Both the position numbers and the translations under genes were made by a program. Under the pieces are notes generated by a model. The model was not told where the DNA came from, did no database searches, and saw nothing but the letters and a program-made list of their open reading frames with translations. Positions 10,901 to 22,300 of a stretch of 64,000 nt of DNA are shown piece after piece. The number at the start of each line of letters is the position of its first letter. The stretch's first letter is position 1. This DNA comes from Thecamonas trahens ATCC 50062 (taxonomy: Eukaryota; Protista; Apusomonadida), in contig NW_013657648.1 in NCBI RefSeq assembly GCF_000142905.1, positions 62,001 through 126,000 of the forward strand, read 5' to 3'.

Positions 10901-11099
10901 CAGGCAGAGCAGCCACAGGCACAGATGCGGCAGCCGTAGACGCAGCCGCAGGCTCGGCACGGGAGGCATCGTCCAGGCAAGCGTTCAGGTGTGCGTTGAA
11001 GACAGCGGCAGCGGTTGCTTTGGAAGCGCCGTGAGGAGGGGTGACCGCCACACCACAGACAAAGCACATGCGGACGTCATCATGGGAAGAAGTAGACAT
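7977..11099 (-). CDS. UBZ-type zinc finger + C4 finger + F-box + Tmemb_185A (TMEM185/FAM11)-like multi-pass membrane protein
   Basis: One 1040-aa ORF. CFVC..FNAHLNACL; CPGC..CDAC; F-box DLPVELLLEIFKWL..VCHTWR..DEVLWR; repeated hydrophobic units LQLDGSIDLTWNVVFSPLY, CKLDGLLNWHWAVVLIPTY, WEVFSPF. Confidence 0.8.
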   Translation of the reverse strand: MSTSSHDDVRMCFVCGVAVTPPHGASKATAAAVFNAHLNACLDDASRAEPAAASTAAASVPVAALPVTAVVVATAAADAEPSASDDSAELDRSGATTGAAGTTGAAAATGATVAGNNAAAGKDAVEAEVPPASPLRQRLMVPRSPVDYIELSYDANGVLLPPPPPIARLLNKAELMSLKAERKAARMERRRQRRIARNENLVAAVRRGKHVACPGCDEVKSFRDYVFTLGDKSGRFRCDACIAAGIKAYDPSDALGSSESSGLQVNEVELAVSSPPAPASAQQQELLRHTPDSSDYDSSEEDVFTSSTSSLDGVSAVAALKDDDAVFAGPSEEAVRGNHGVRFVAHRGKVQELLFGIKPTTSGMKRLRGRRRVPRRPPSSTAGATRARDIVRQQARLLRQIERQHAGISTDSESSAKSISVYSTSSMVTPHGDAALEFALLDDQDAWTYETYSLPEEEKGELGSLSLQDQREEEYFARRLFFAKVAASTLTHFDGGWLGPGVSMSSVTARPPLTPRGYWYGAKTGGRKKRRTERDTGAAATGKGKEEADEPTSDEYDEVADLRVPSWAASGEATVVDLPVELLLEIFKWLRPEDLGRAVFVCHTWRIVAMDEVLWRRYAASAEFEATSSALLARNVTPGWRAKLPGEPCYHYVLTIRAREARAEREERNSMARRAILNARNDRSQQIQRAQIVRSDALGQTGISCYSLVVAMAVVAFTVLLALQLDGSIDLTWNVVFSPLYAALGVLFITLCCGYALPDVDVDEAGTMCCFGLVLLFVAIPFVFIACKLDGLLNWHWAVVLIPTYIAELPVAALVLLAFAEVVDDMLYEGGWDSFFKSACALFFILTFGVMIASNVLVTLFIEGQLAPSTTIWEVFSPFFVQSGLWLIGGLMMCCYQSIDGYWDFPLEAVMAVLGIVAYATMMVVLVAAYSVGAISSFFYVLIPIYIVACAPFSAVCVLWIRSLKRIVPASMRLSRARESLRVFDRDMEQGRTPWGHVGGASGGERRGSIAMIPSWPVPQHRASLSDFGAASSSMSTSSW

Positions 11100-11405
11100 G
11101 ATGGTTGGCCTTGCCCTGTCCTCACTCGACTTGCTCCGTCGTCACTTCAGCCTCTCGTCGTACACTGACAAAGCCGCCGAGTCGAGGCGCAGCAGCCGTC
11201 CGAGAGTTGGCTGTTACTGGCATTGAGTGACTCGAGACGGCGAGAATGGAAACAGGCTTCCGCCCAAACGGGCTGGGACGGGTGGGCGGGTGTGCTCAGC
11301 TCAGCTCACCGTGCATCCACCACCGCATGCTCTGGATATTCATTTATCACGGCCAGTGTGCCAGGCAGCGCCCACGCGCCCACACACAAGCCATCGATCA
11401 TGCGT

Positions 11406-14095
11406 CTACGAGACAAAGGTGATGGTGGAACGATCAGAGGAGATGGTCCACACGCCGATGTCGGCGTACTCGTCCATGACGTCGTCGAGGAGGGCGGCGG
11501 TGTAGCCCTTGGCGATGACGAGCGGGAGGATGTCGTCGTAGCGGAGCGTCTGCGAGTGGCCGCGGCGGGCGTCCTCGTCGCGGATGATGGTGTAGATGGC
11601 TGACTTGGGGTCAAGACCCGACGAGCTGCTCGAGTCCGAGGTGAGCGAGGCCTTCGACATGTGCATGAGGCGGACAGCCTCATCGACGTCGGGCTTGGTC
11701 ACGACGTCGGCAAAGCGGAGGCGGGCAAGCGCCTGCGCCAGGCGGAGGACGCCGAGCAGGGTCCGCGCCGACGTGTGGCCGTGGAGCTCCTTGCGGCGGG
11801 CCTCGTTCTCGCGCATGCCAACGTACGTCGAGACAACGTACGACGCAAGGTCGTCGGGCACCACCGGGTTGCACTCGCGCGCCCTCGCCACGTACGCCCG
11901 GATAAGCGCTGGGTCGTACGGCTCAAAGTCGAGCGGCGGTGCCTTGGCCTCGCGATGGACGTAGCAAATGTGCTGCGCAAGGAGCTGGTCCTTGTCGACG
12001 TCGGGCGTGTCGAGGAGGAGGAAGACAAGGTCGAACCGCGAGAGCAGCGCGGCAGGCAGGTTGATGTTCTCCGTCGGCGAGAGCCGCCGGTTGTACCGGC
12101 CCATCACCGGGTTAGCCGCCGCCAGAATCGACGTCCGCGCATTGAGCGTAGTGATGATGCCGGCCTTGGCAATCGAAATCGTCTGCTGCTCCATGACCTC
12201 GTGGATGGCCGTCCGGTCCGACTCGTCCATCTTGTCAAACTCATCGATGCAGCAAACGCCCATGTCGGCCAGGACCAACGCGCCGCCCTCCAACGAGACC
12301 TCGCCAGTTGTCTTGTCGCGGATGACGGCTGCGGTGAGACCGACGCCGGACGAGCCCTTGCCTGTTGTATACACCCCACGCGGCGTCAGCCGCGAAATGT
12401 ACTTGAGCAGCTGCGACTTGGCCACACCCGGGTCGCCCATGAGGCACACGTTGAGCTCGCCGCGGATCTTCATCGAGTTGCGCACGTTGCGCGAGACGCC
12501 GCCCACCAGCAGGAGCAGGAGCGCCTTTTTCACGTCCTCCATGCCGAAAATCTCCGGTGCAATCGACTTGGCCAGCTTGGAGTACACCGCAGAGTCGGCC
12601 GCAAGCGTCGCCACCGCGTCGTCAGACACGGCGTCCTTGGCCGTCTCGGCGTACGACTTTTGGTCTTGGTCATGTGCATGGCCTCCACAAACGTGTCAGC
12701 CACAAGCCCGGCTCGGATCTGCCGGAACCCGGTGTACGAGATCGGGAGGAAGATGCCGGTGACCTCGACCGTGTCGCCCGCCGTCGCAACACGCGTGAGC
12801 GAGCCCTTGAGGTGGATGGTGATCGACCGCGGGACATGGCCCACAGGCACCTGCGACGACAGCTCCTGCAGCCGCATCTCCTGGAACTTGACAAACTTGG
12901 ACCCGCGCGTTTGCATGTACAGCTTGCCGCGCGTGTTGTTTGCCCGACACCGCTCCGAAGGGCACTGTGCCACAGGCATAAACGTCCGCCCGGTCACCTC
13001 CTGGTAAATCTCAAACCCGCACACGTCGCACGTGTACGTCGCCACCTGGATGAGCGGCTTAACCTCGGTGATCCGCGTCACCACCCCAGAGAGCGTGATG
13101 AGTGACCCGATCTGCTCCGCCCCGGCCTCGCGGATCCCCATTACCTCCTTCTTGGACGGCGGGATGAACCGCAGCTCGTACCTCCGCCGCATCGCTGGCG
13201 GAAACTCGGGTACAGACGGCCCGGCGCCGTCGTCGCCACCAGCTCCACCAGCTCCACCGCCGGCCCCGCCAGCCGCGCTCCCGCCAGCTGCGTTTGCCCG
13301 CTCCCGCCGCTGATGCATGAGCACATCCACAATGTCGGCGTCCTCCACATTAGCCGTCGGCTCCGGCAACACCTCGTCGATGGCCTCCTGGAAGAGAGTG
13401 AGGTACCGGGCGGTGTTGTGCGCCACTGCATCCGCCAGCCCGGTGTTTCCACCCGTGAACTCCATCAGATCCTCCAACGAGACATTGACCTCGCGGGTCT
13501 CCCTGTTCGCCACCGCTTGCAGCACCGCCATGTAGTGTGGCGGGTCGCTCGGCTGCGCCGTTGCCGGTCGAAAGTTGAGCACAAAGTCCTTGACCGTCGC
13601 TGCACACGCACCCCGTCACCCACCACCCCGCATCGTCCGTCAACCCACACCGTCCGTCAACCCGCACCGTCCGTCCGCCCGTCGACCGTTTCCGCGTTGT
13701 CACCCGCTCGACCCGTGAGTGACGACCAGACCAGTCCGTGCCCCATCACGCCCCCATGACACAGAGAGAGAGAGGGGGAGAGGAGGGAGGGAGGGAGAAG
13801 GAAGGGGGGGAGGAGAAGGCGGAGGGGGGGGGGGGAGGGGGAGGAGGTGGGGGGGGGCAGTGGCGGAGGCGGAGGCCAAAGAAAATTCAGTTGCCCTGGA
13901 TGGGACATTCTCCGTCACCTCACGGGAGGGGGGGGGGGGGGAGGGGAGGGGAGGGGGGAGGGGGGGACGGGGAAGGGGGATGGAGTGGGAATAGAGGGGA
14001 GAGAGAGAGGGTAAAGAGTGTGGCATATGTATGGGGGGTGAGTCGGTGAAGGACGTACCCTTGTCGGACACGTAGTCCCGCCGTGAAGACGCCAT
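11406..14095 (-). CDS. MCM7: DNA replication licensing factor MCM7 (exons 14095-14059 and 13599-11406; 1-nt frameshift near 12660)
   Basis: The spliced N-terminus reads [22 protein letters not shown] (intron 14058-13600, GTACGT..CAG). Motifs: zinc finger [25 protein letters not shown], Walker [31 protein letters not shown]. Restored length about 743 aa. Confidence 0.95.
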
Positions 14096-14744
14096 GGCTG
14101 GTGTGAGTGGCGTGTTGCTGCTCTCGCCATTTGCTGTAGATTCTGCGCTGCTCACCGGCTGCTCCCCAGCTGCTCGCCAGGCAAACCGGCTTCCACGACC
14201 TGATTCAACAGCAAGTGGTGAGGTCGGCTGCTCGGGCTGTCTTCGTCATGGGTCCTCGTCATGGTACGTGCTCTAATACCATCGAGCAAGTCGTCATCTC
14301 GCTCGTGAAGGCGCTGGCAGCCAGCTCATGCACACCATCGTCGACCCATCACCCAAAGCAAAACACCCCATATCCACCCATCCGCCCCATCCCCACCTCC
14401 CTCCTCCTCCCCCTCCTATCCCCCAACCCAACCCAACCCATCGTCATCATCATCTCCATCCCCATTACCATCCCCATCACCATCGCCACAACCTCTAAAA
14501 ACAATCCACACCAATAAGAGGGCACATTTTGAGCGACAAAAACCCGCCACAGCCACAGCCGCAAGCACACACACCCCCCCTTCCTCCCACCACCACCCAC
14601 CACCACCACCACCACCACCACACCCTTACCGCTCGCACTCCTCCTCCTCCTCCTCTACACACACTCCTCCCACACTACCACCTTCACACACATACACACA
14701 CCCTCCCCTCCCCCCCCCTTTCCCCTCTCTCTCACTTCAACACC

Positions 14745-16204
14745 ATGTCGTCGAGCGACAATGGGAGCTCGTTGTCAGAGCCGCGCGGAGAGGCCGAGCT
14801 GTACAGGGATGCGTCGGTCGATCGTCCCAAGGAGTGGTTCGACTGGGAGTCGCTCAACCTCGCATGGTCTGAGCCCGAGCCGTATCACGTCATTACCAAG
14901 CTCGGAAGAGGCCACTTTGGCGAGGTCTTCTCTGCCATTGATGTCCGCAAGGAAGCCGCTCTTCGCAAGAAGTTTGCCTCGGCCGCTGGCTCGGCTGCTG
15001 GCTCGGGCCCGTCGGTCTCGGACAAGGTCGAGAGTGGGCGTAGCGCCAAGGGCAAGGGCGTGGACGATGACGACGAGAACGAGAGTGCAGCGAGCACGGA
15101 GAAGGCCGGAGCGGGAGGTGCGGAAACACTTAGCCTGCCGGCAGAGGCAGAGGCCGAGCTGCTGACAAAGTCGACGGTGGTGATCAAGGTGCTCAAGCCG
15201 GTCCAGTTGTCGATCATCAAGCGCGAGATCAAGTTTCTCACCAACCTCCGGCGTGGGACAAACATCATCAAGCTGTTGGATCTTGTGGAGAACCCGCTGA
15301 CGGCGCAAAAGTCGCTCATCTTTGAATATGTCGACACGCCCGACTTTAAGAAGATGTACGCGGGCTTCTCCGACCACGAGGTCCGGTTTTACATGTACCA
15401 GCTCCTCCTCGCCCTCGACTACACCCACTCCAAGGGTGTCATCCACCGCGACATCAAGCCGCACAATGTGCTCATTGATCCAGTCCGCAAAACGCTCCGC
15501 CTCATCGACTGGGGCCTCGCCGCCTTTTACAATCCCGGCCAGCGGTTCCGCAAGTTCCCCGGAACCCGCGTGTTCAAGGCGCCCGAAATGCTGATGCAGT
15601 ACTCAAGGTATGACTATGCCGTTGATATGTGGTCGTTTGGCGCCATGATGGCCGGCATCGTCTTCAAGAAGCATCCTGTCTTCAAGGGCCGCAAGGAGAA
15701 CATCAACGTTCTTGTCGCCATCGTCAAGCTCATGGGCTCGGACGGCCTCTTCGACTTTGTCGACAAATATGGCGTCCGCCTCCGCGACGAATGGGACGAG
15801 AAGCTCGAGGGCTACGAGGGCTCGACTTGGGACTCTCTCGTCACCCGCAAGAACAAGTCCCTTGCCGTCGCCGACGCCATCGACCTCCTCTCTGGCATTC
15901 TTGTCTACGACCACGAGCACCGCCTCAACGTCCGCGAGGCCATGGACCACCCGACTTTGATCCTGTTCGCGACGAGTGTGAGGACCATGCCCGCCTGGCA
16001 GGCACCGTCGCTCACCGCCGCGGCATCCCGCCCGAGGGCACAAACTCGGGCTCCTCCGACGAAGACTTTATGGCCATCTCGGACGGCGGCGCCCACAACT
16101 CGGTCCCGGCCGGAGCCACCCCGCTCACCGGCACCTCCCGCAACGGCTCCGACCTCTCCTCGTCCTCGGACGCCCAGCTGGGCTCGTCACGTTCGCCGGC
16201 ATGA
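14745..16204 (+). CDS. Casein kinase 2 alpha-like Ser/Thr kinase, divergent (1-nt frameshift near 15951)
   Basis: HRDIKPHNV, the CK2-diagnostic LRLIDWGLA, YDYAVDMWSFG, LVYDHEHRL..REAMDHP. Adding 1 nt restores HP(Y/D)FDPVR and a stop at 16202-16204. Confidence 0.85.
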
Positions 16205-16271
16205 CCTCGGATGCGTCATTGAACACAACCTGGCCGTCAGTCCCCTTGTATGTATGTAGCACGCGCCGTCT

Positions 16272-17507
16272 TTACTCGTCGTCGTCCGAGAACACAATCG
16301 CACCCTTGGTCCGCGCGCCCACGGTAATGGCCTGAGCCGTCAGCTCGGCCCGCTTGCGCAGCGCCTCGGCGCCCTGCTCGGCCGCACTCATCTTCTTGCC
16401 CTTGCGCCGCTTGGGCATCCGCCGAGCCGAGACCTCGGCCGGTGCCTCCGCGTCGTCATTCTCGCCCCGAGTGCCGCTCTTGGCCTTGGCCTTGGTCTTG
16501 CTCTCGCTCCGCTTGCGCTTCCGCGATGGCGTCGCTGCATCATTTGCCTCGACCTTGGCCTTGCCATCGTTCTTGGCCTTGCCATCGTTCTTGGCCTTGG
16601 CCTTGGCTTCGCCCGGTGCGGCCTCTTCAGACTCGCCAAACAGCCGCTTCTGCCGCCGCGCCCACTCCTTGGCCTGCCATCCGGTCAGCTGCTCCGGCTC
16701 CTGGTCCGGATCCATAAAGAACGGATCCGAGGTGACCGAGGCCCGCGGCCGCGGCGGGCGCGAGCCGTACGCGTGCGCCTCGTCGTCGTCGCCGACCTCG
16801 TCGCCCTCCTTGGGCACCGGCTTGCCCTTGTCATCAAACTCGTACGCCTCGAGCTTGCCACTGCTGATGGCGTCCATGATCGATGCACGGATGCCCGCCA
16901 TCGTTGTCTCGTGCTCGGCCAGGTTCGCAACCGAGAGGTTCTTGCCCGGAAAGACGCTGATGTACTCGCGCTCGTGGAAGGGGAAATGCATGACGACCTG
17001 GTACATCTCAACCAGGTCCGCCACCTTGGCTGCCGCTGCAGCCTTGGCCTCCTCGTCGTCGCCGGCCTCTGCCGTCTTGCGGGCCTTGTACGCCTGCTTG
17101 ACCTTGCGCATCAGCCTCCGACGATCAAAGAACCGCACCCTCCGTGCCGCCAGGATCCGATCCTTGGTCTCCTCGGCCTTCTTCCGCTCCTCACGCATCT
17201 CCTCCAGCAGCGCCAGCTCTTCCTTCTTGGCCGCCACAAGCTCGGGCGGCAGATTGGGCCTGCTCAGCAGCCGCTTGATATCGCGCATCTTCTTCTGCGT
17301 CCCTCCCCTCGGCCAGTTGTTGTACCCACCATAGCCACCACCACGGCCACCACCACGACCACCGCCACGTCCACCACGACCACGTCCACCACTCCAGCCG
17401 CGACCACCACCGCCACCACCGCGACCCCGACCACGACCACCGCCAGCGGCACCTCGTCCCCGACCCCGGCCACGACCACCGCCACGACCTCTACCAGGAC
17501 CAGACAT
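16272..17507 (-). CDS. EFG1: rRNA-processing protein Efg1-like with an N-terminal RGG box
   Basis: KKMRDIKRLLSRPNLP, RVRFFDRRRLMRK and VMHFPFHEREYISVF resemble Efg1 motifs. Gly/Arg-rich N-terminus; basic and acidic C-terminal tail. Confidence 0.72.
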   Translation of the reverse strand: MSGPGRGRGGGRGRGRGRGAAGGGRGRGRGGGGGGRGWSGGRGRGGRGGGRGGGRGGGYGGYNNWPRGGTQKKMRDIKRLLSRPNLPPELVAAKKEELALLEEMREERKKAEETKDRILAARRVRFFDRRRLMRKVKQAYKARKTAEAGDDEEAKAAAAAKVADLVEMYQVVMHFPFHEREYISVFPGKNLSVANLAEHETTMAGIRASIMDAISSGKLEAYEFDDKGKPVPKEGDEVGDDDEAHAYGSRPPRPRASVTSDPFFMDPDQEPEQLTGWQAKEWARRQKRLFGESEEAAPGEAKAKAKNDGKAKNDGKAKVEANDAATPSRKRKRSESKTKAKAKSGTRGENDDAEAPAEVSARRMPKRRKGKKMSAAEQGAEALRKRAELTAQAITVGARTKGAIVFSDDDE

Positions 17508-18072
17508 TGATGGTATGGATTGGTTTGGTTATGTGTACGAGAGCTACCTAGTCAACCCAGTCACGTCTCCTCAGTAGCAACCGAAGAGTGTGGTGAGGTG
17601 GGTGTGGATGCCTATGCCTTGCCCCGCCGCCTTCCTCCCCCACCCCCACCCCATTCGGTCTCTGCTGTGTCGGATGGATGGATGGTTGGATGGGTGGAGA
17701 GAGTGGACCGGGGGGGGGGGGGGGTGGGGGGGGAAGGGGGATGGGTAAAGGGCACTGGGTTGGTGCGNNNNNNNNNNNNNNNNNNNNNNNNNNNNNNNNN
17801 NNNNNNNNNNNNNNNNNNNNNNNNNNNNNNNNNNNNNNNNNNNNNNNNNNNNNNNNNNNNNNNNNNNGGGGAAAGAGGATGAGATGGATGGGTAGGTAAA
17901 CGTGTGAGGAAGGAGGTGGTGTGTGCTGATGGGGAGGATGCTCAGGCGATGGAGTGGTAGAGGTGGTTGATGTACGGGGGGGGGGGGAGGGGACAGGGGA
18001 GGGGAGGAGGAGGAGGAGGGTGATCAGAGCTGCGGAGGACGACACCGACAACCACACTCCCCTCTCCATACA

Positions 18073-18103
<31 letters not shown>

Positions 18104-18183
18104 AACATACCACACATATTCTCGCACATACATACTCGTACGCTCAAGTATACAATTATATAGACATATAACGCACGCCAACC

Positions 18184-19017
18184 ATGGTCAAGGAACTCCC
18201 TGAGGCGGTGGGCTCGGTGGTCTCGCCCGGTCAGGTCGTGGGTAAGCTCGACGACGCCTCGCTCCGGCTTGGCTTTGGCCTGCTGCAGGACGGCAAGAAG
18301 GTGAAGGCGACCAAGGCGGGTGTCTTGCGCATTGCTGGTGGCAGGGTGGTGCGCAAGCGAGTGGCGAATGACGGCAAAGAGGGCAAGGGCAAGAGCGAGG
18401 CCGGCGCATCATCAGAGACCGAGACGAGCGAGAACAAGGCCGTGGTGGTGATCAAGAAGGATAGCCCGACCGCGACCATCATATTCTGGGTGGATGCGGC
18501 GCAGAAGCGGTACGTGCCGGCGCGGGAGGATGCGGTGGTTGGCGTGGTCACCGCGCGGCGCGGCGAGAACTACGACGTCGATCTGGGCTCAGCCTTTCCG
18601 GCTGCGCTCTCGCTGCTGGCCTTTGAGGGCGCGACCAAGCGCAATCGCCCGCAGCTGGAGGTCGGCGACCTGGTGTACGCGCGGGTGACGCTGGCGGACA
18701 AGGATATGGATCCGGAGCTCGAGTGCGTCGATGCCAAGGGCAAGTCAGCTGGCTACGGCCCGCTTGCCGACGGGTATGTGGTCAACACCTCGCTCTCGCT
18801 CGTCCGGCGACTGTTCAATCCCAAATGTGCAGTCCTGGCTGCACTCGGTGCTCGCCTCCCGTTCGAAGTGGCGCTGGGCCTCAACGGGCGGGTCTGGATC
18901 GACTCGGCGAGTCCGCTCCATACCATTGTCATCGCCAATGCCATCCTCAACTCGGAGTTTCTCACCGATGCCGAGGTCACCGTCATGGTCAACCGCCTCC
19001 TGGCCAAGCTTGGTTAA
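18184..19017 (+). CDS. RRP40: Exosome complex component RRP40 (EXOSC3)
   Basis: QKRYVP..EDAVVG, AFEGATKRNRPQLEVGDLVYARV, DMDPELEC, FEVALGLNGRVWI. Confidence 0.95.
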   Translation: MVKELPEAVGSVVSPGQVVGKLDDASLRLGFGLLQDGKKVKATKAGVLRIAGGRVVRKRVANDGKEGKGKSEAGASSETETSENKAVVVIKKDSPTATIIFWVDAAQKRYVPAREDAVVGVVTARRGENYDVDLGSAFPAALSLLAFEGATKRNRPQLEVGDLVYARVTLADKDMDPELECVDAKGKSAGYGPLADGYVVNTSLSLVRRLFNPKCAVLAALGARLPFEVALGLNGRVWIDSASPLHTIVIANAILNSEFLTDAEVTVMVNRLLAKLG

Positions 19018-19399
19018 ACTACCCCCCCCCCATGACTGTACTACTACCATACCCGTCGTCTACGGCATCGACGGCATCGACGGCATCGACAACAACAAAC
19101 ATGGTGAGACGAAAAAAAGCGAACGATTGCACCAACAACTGATAACAGCTGATTCAGAGTATTGTCTGTCTGGAAAGGCGGGAAAAAAGGGGTCAAAGCC
19201 AAACAAACGGCGGAAGCAGGCAACAGCCAGCAGCCAACGAACGGCCACCAACGGGGACCGCCACCTCCCGCCCGCCCTTGCCACGGCTGCCCCGTCTGCG
19301 ACCACCACCACCACCACCACCACCACCACCACTCCACCACCCACTACTACCCCCCCCCCCCCCCACACACACACACACACACATACTGCTCTCCTGGCA

Positions 19400-22300
19400 A
19401 TGACGGAGCTGCTGAAGGAGTGGCTCAATGACCGAGTCGGGCTCTCGCAGCGAGTCACTTCGCTGGAGGCCGACTTTGCCGACGGCTACCTCCTTGGCGA
19501 GCTGCTGGCGCACTATGGTGCCCAGGGCGACTTCAATCTGTTTACTCGTTCGAGTTCAAAGCTGGATGCACGGGTGGGCAACTGGAACAGACTCCATGCC
19601 TCGCTGAGCGCTCTGGGCATCCGCCTCGCCTCCAACACCGCCAACGACATCATGACCGAGAAGCGTGGCGTGGTCGGCAAGCTGCTGTATCACATCAAGA
19701 TGACTGTCTCGGGCATGGCTCCGACAACTCCCTCTCAAAGGAGACTCACCGCTCCCTGGGAACCGCGCCAGGACGCTGCTCCGCTCTCGCACGGCCGCAG
19801 GCTCGACCGCCGCTCTCTCCGCGCTCGCCGAGGCCTCAGCGCCACGGCCGAGCCGCAACCGGCCGCCCACGGCGCGCCTCCGCCGACTTCAGCCGCGCTT
19901 GCTGCACGCTCGCCGCACAAGGGTCATTCGGCCTCAGGCCCGGGTGCTGCCGCGGGCCAAGCTGTGGTGTCGCTGCCGCCGCTCGCCGCCACAGGCGCAA
20001 GCGCAACCGCTCCGCAGTACGCGGCGATGGAGAAGCGGCTGTTCCAGACCAGGCTCCGTGACATGCAGTCGGTCTCGCAGTCGGGCAACGCGGCGCTGTC
20101 GACCGTGGTCAAGCGGTTCGCTGACCACCGGCGCGCTCACGACGCGCGGGTCCACTCGGAGATGCTCCGTGCCGAGCACGAGCGGACGGCGCAGTTTGCC
20201 GAGGCGCGGCGGCGCGAGCTCGCAGCGCGGGCCGAGCGCGCCCGCGCCTCGGCCGCCTTTGAGGAGCAGTCCAAGCTCAATCACGAAAAGGCGATGACGC
20301 TGCGGCTCGAGCGCGAGCGCACCCAGCGCCAGTTTGAGCTCACTCGCAAGTACAAAACGCTTGCCAAGGTCCAGCAAAGCCGCGCGGCCGAGGCCGCCGA
20401 GGTCAACGACGAAATCGAGTCGTTTGAGAAGAACATTCGGAGAATGGGTGTGGGTGAGAAGGAGAACAAGGCCATGGAGGACGAGCTCCACGATCCATCC
20501 AAGATCCTCACCTGGGCGGCCAAGGCCAAGCTCCCGCCGGTCGAGCACATGCGTCGCATCCGCTCAATGGTTCCGACCCGCTCGCAGATGGAGGAGGCGT
20601 CGGCGTCGTATTTGGCCTCCATCCAAGCCTCCAAGCGCGACGAGGTCGAGGCCCGCAAGGAGCGCCAGAAGCGCCGTCGCAAGGTTCTCCTTGAGCAGCA
20701 AAAGGCTCACCTCGACATGGAGGAGAAGCGCGTCGAGCAGCTACTGCTCTCCAAGCTCATGCGCCAGTCGCAGGCCGAGGCCCAGCTCGCGCACAATCTG
20801 CTCAAGACCCGCTACGAGAAGCAGGTCATCTACGCCAACCGCGTCTTCCGCGAGTCGCAGTACGCCGCCCGCCGACAGGCCGACTTTGAGGCTGCGCTCG
20901 AGCGCGACAAGGTCCTTACCGCCGCCGCCGCAGACCGCTACCGCGCCCAGGTCCTCGCCGAGAAGGAGCGCCACGCTGCGCTCCTCCGCGCCAACGCCGC
21001 CGAAAAGTACGCCGCCAACTACGCGGTGTGCGAGGCCGTCACCCACGCGCTTGTCGACCTCTCCATCAAGGTCGCCGAGTATCGCTACATGACCGATAAC
21101 CTCGTGCCGGCCGCCATGATGTCCGAGTGGGTCGCCTGCTTTGTCGCCGGCATGCCGCTCTTCAAGCCGGCCGTCCTCTCCTCGCCGCCGCCCACCCCCG
21201 ACAAGGACGCCTCGTCGTTCCTCCTCACCGACACTGCCGACAACTCGCACGGCGACGACGGGTCGGTCGACGCCGCTGGCGGCTCGACCGCCACCCTCAC
21301 TGCTGCCGCCGAACAGACGGGAGCTTCACTCAGTCTGCCGCCCGGTGCGGCTCCTGGCCATGGACAAGGCCAGGGCCTTTCAGGAGCCGACGCGTCCGAC
21401 GCCTCGCCGCCGGCATCGCCGCGGTCGCACACCTCCGCGGCCTCGTCCAAGACATCGCGCCGCCGGTCGTCGAAGCACTCTCACCGCCGCCAGCGCTCTG
21501 CCGGCTCAAGCGCGGGCTCGGTCCGCCGCCGGCACTCGTCGAGTCGTGGCCCTACCCGCACCGACGCTGCCGAGGCGGCGGCCGGTGACCAAGGCGCCGA
21601 CTCAGGAGGTGCCGACGAGTCGGCTGCCGTTGACGATGACGACGCCAGCGTCGAGCTTACTAGCGCCCGGCTGGGCATGGCTCTACCGGAAGGTGACGAG
21701 CTCAAAGAGCCGCCAGTCCCGCCCACCGCCTCGTCGTCCGAAGCAGGCGACTCGCTCCCGTGGGGTTCCAACGCTGCTGATCGGCTTGCGGCCGAGTTTT
21801 CAGAGGACGATCTCAACAGCGACGGACGCGACGAGTCAAAGGCAGGCGACTTTACCCCGCGGGTCTTCCCGCCGGCGCTAGCGCTCACGCCGCGGTCAGC
21901 AGCTGCCGCCGCGGCGCCGAGAAAGACCCCGTCGCAGCGGCACGTAGCCGCTGTCCTCGACGCACTCGCCCTCGACGAATACCTCAGCGGTACTGGCGAG
22001 TGGCTCTTTGACGGCCCGCCGCTCTCGCACAACCGGGTACTCGGCGACTGGGTCCGCGACCTCATTGCGCTTGCGGTCCCGCCGCCGCCGCCGCCGCCCA
22101 AGCCGGTCCTCCCTCCGTTCCCGCTCAAGGTGGCGATTCTGGGCAAACCGTTGACCGGGAAGTCGTACATGGCGCGGCGGCTTGCGCAGGTCCACTCAAT
22201 GGAAGTACTCACGCCTGTTGGCGTTGTTGAGTGGGCGCTTGCTGCTGCGCCTGCGCCCGGTGAGTCGGGTGGAACCGATGATTTTGCCCTGGCGCTGGCT

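Noticed and set aside
11406-14095. MCM7 (and the other frameshifted genes) as pseudogenes, or frameshifts repaired by micro-introns
   Set aside because: Motifs are intact on both sides with no other lesions. At the MCM7 site the nearby GT..AG spans (10, 13, 19, 22 nt) do not restore the frame.
18731-19399. N-terminal extension of the SPEF2 ORF
   Set aside because: It overlaps RRP40 and crosses microsatellite sequence; homology starts at the ATG at 19400.
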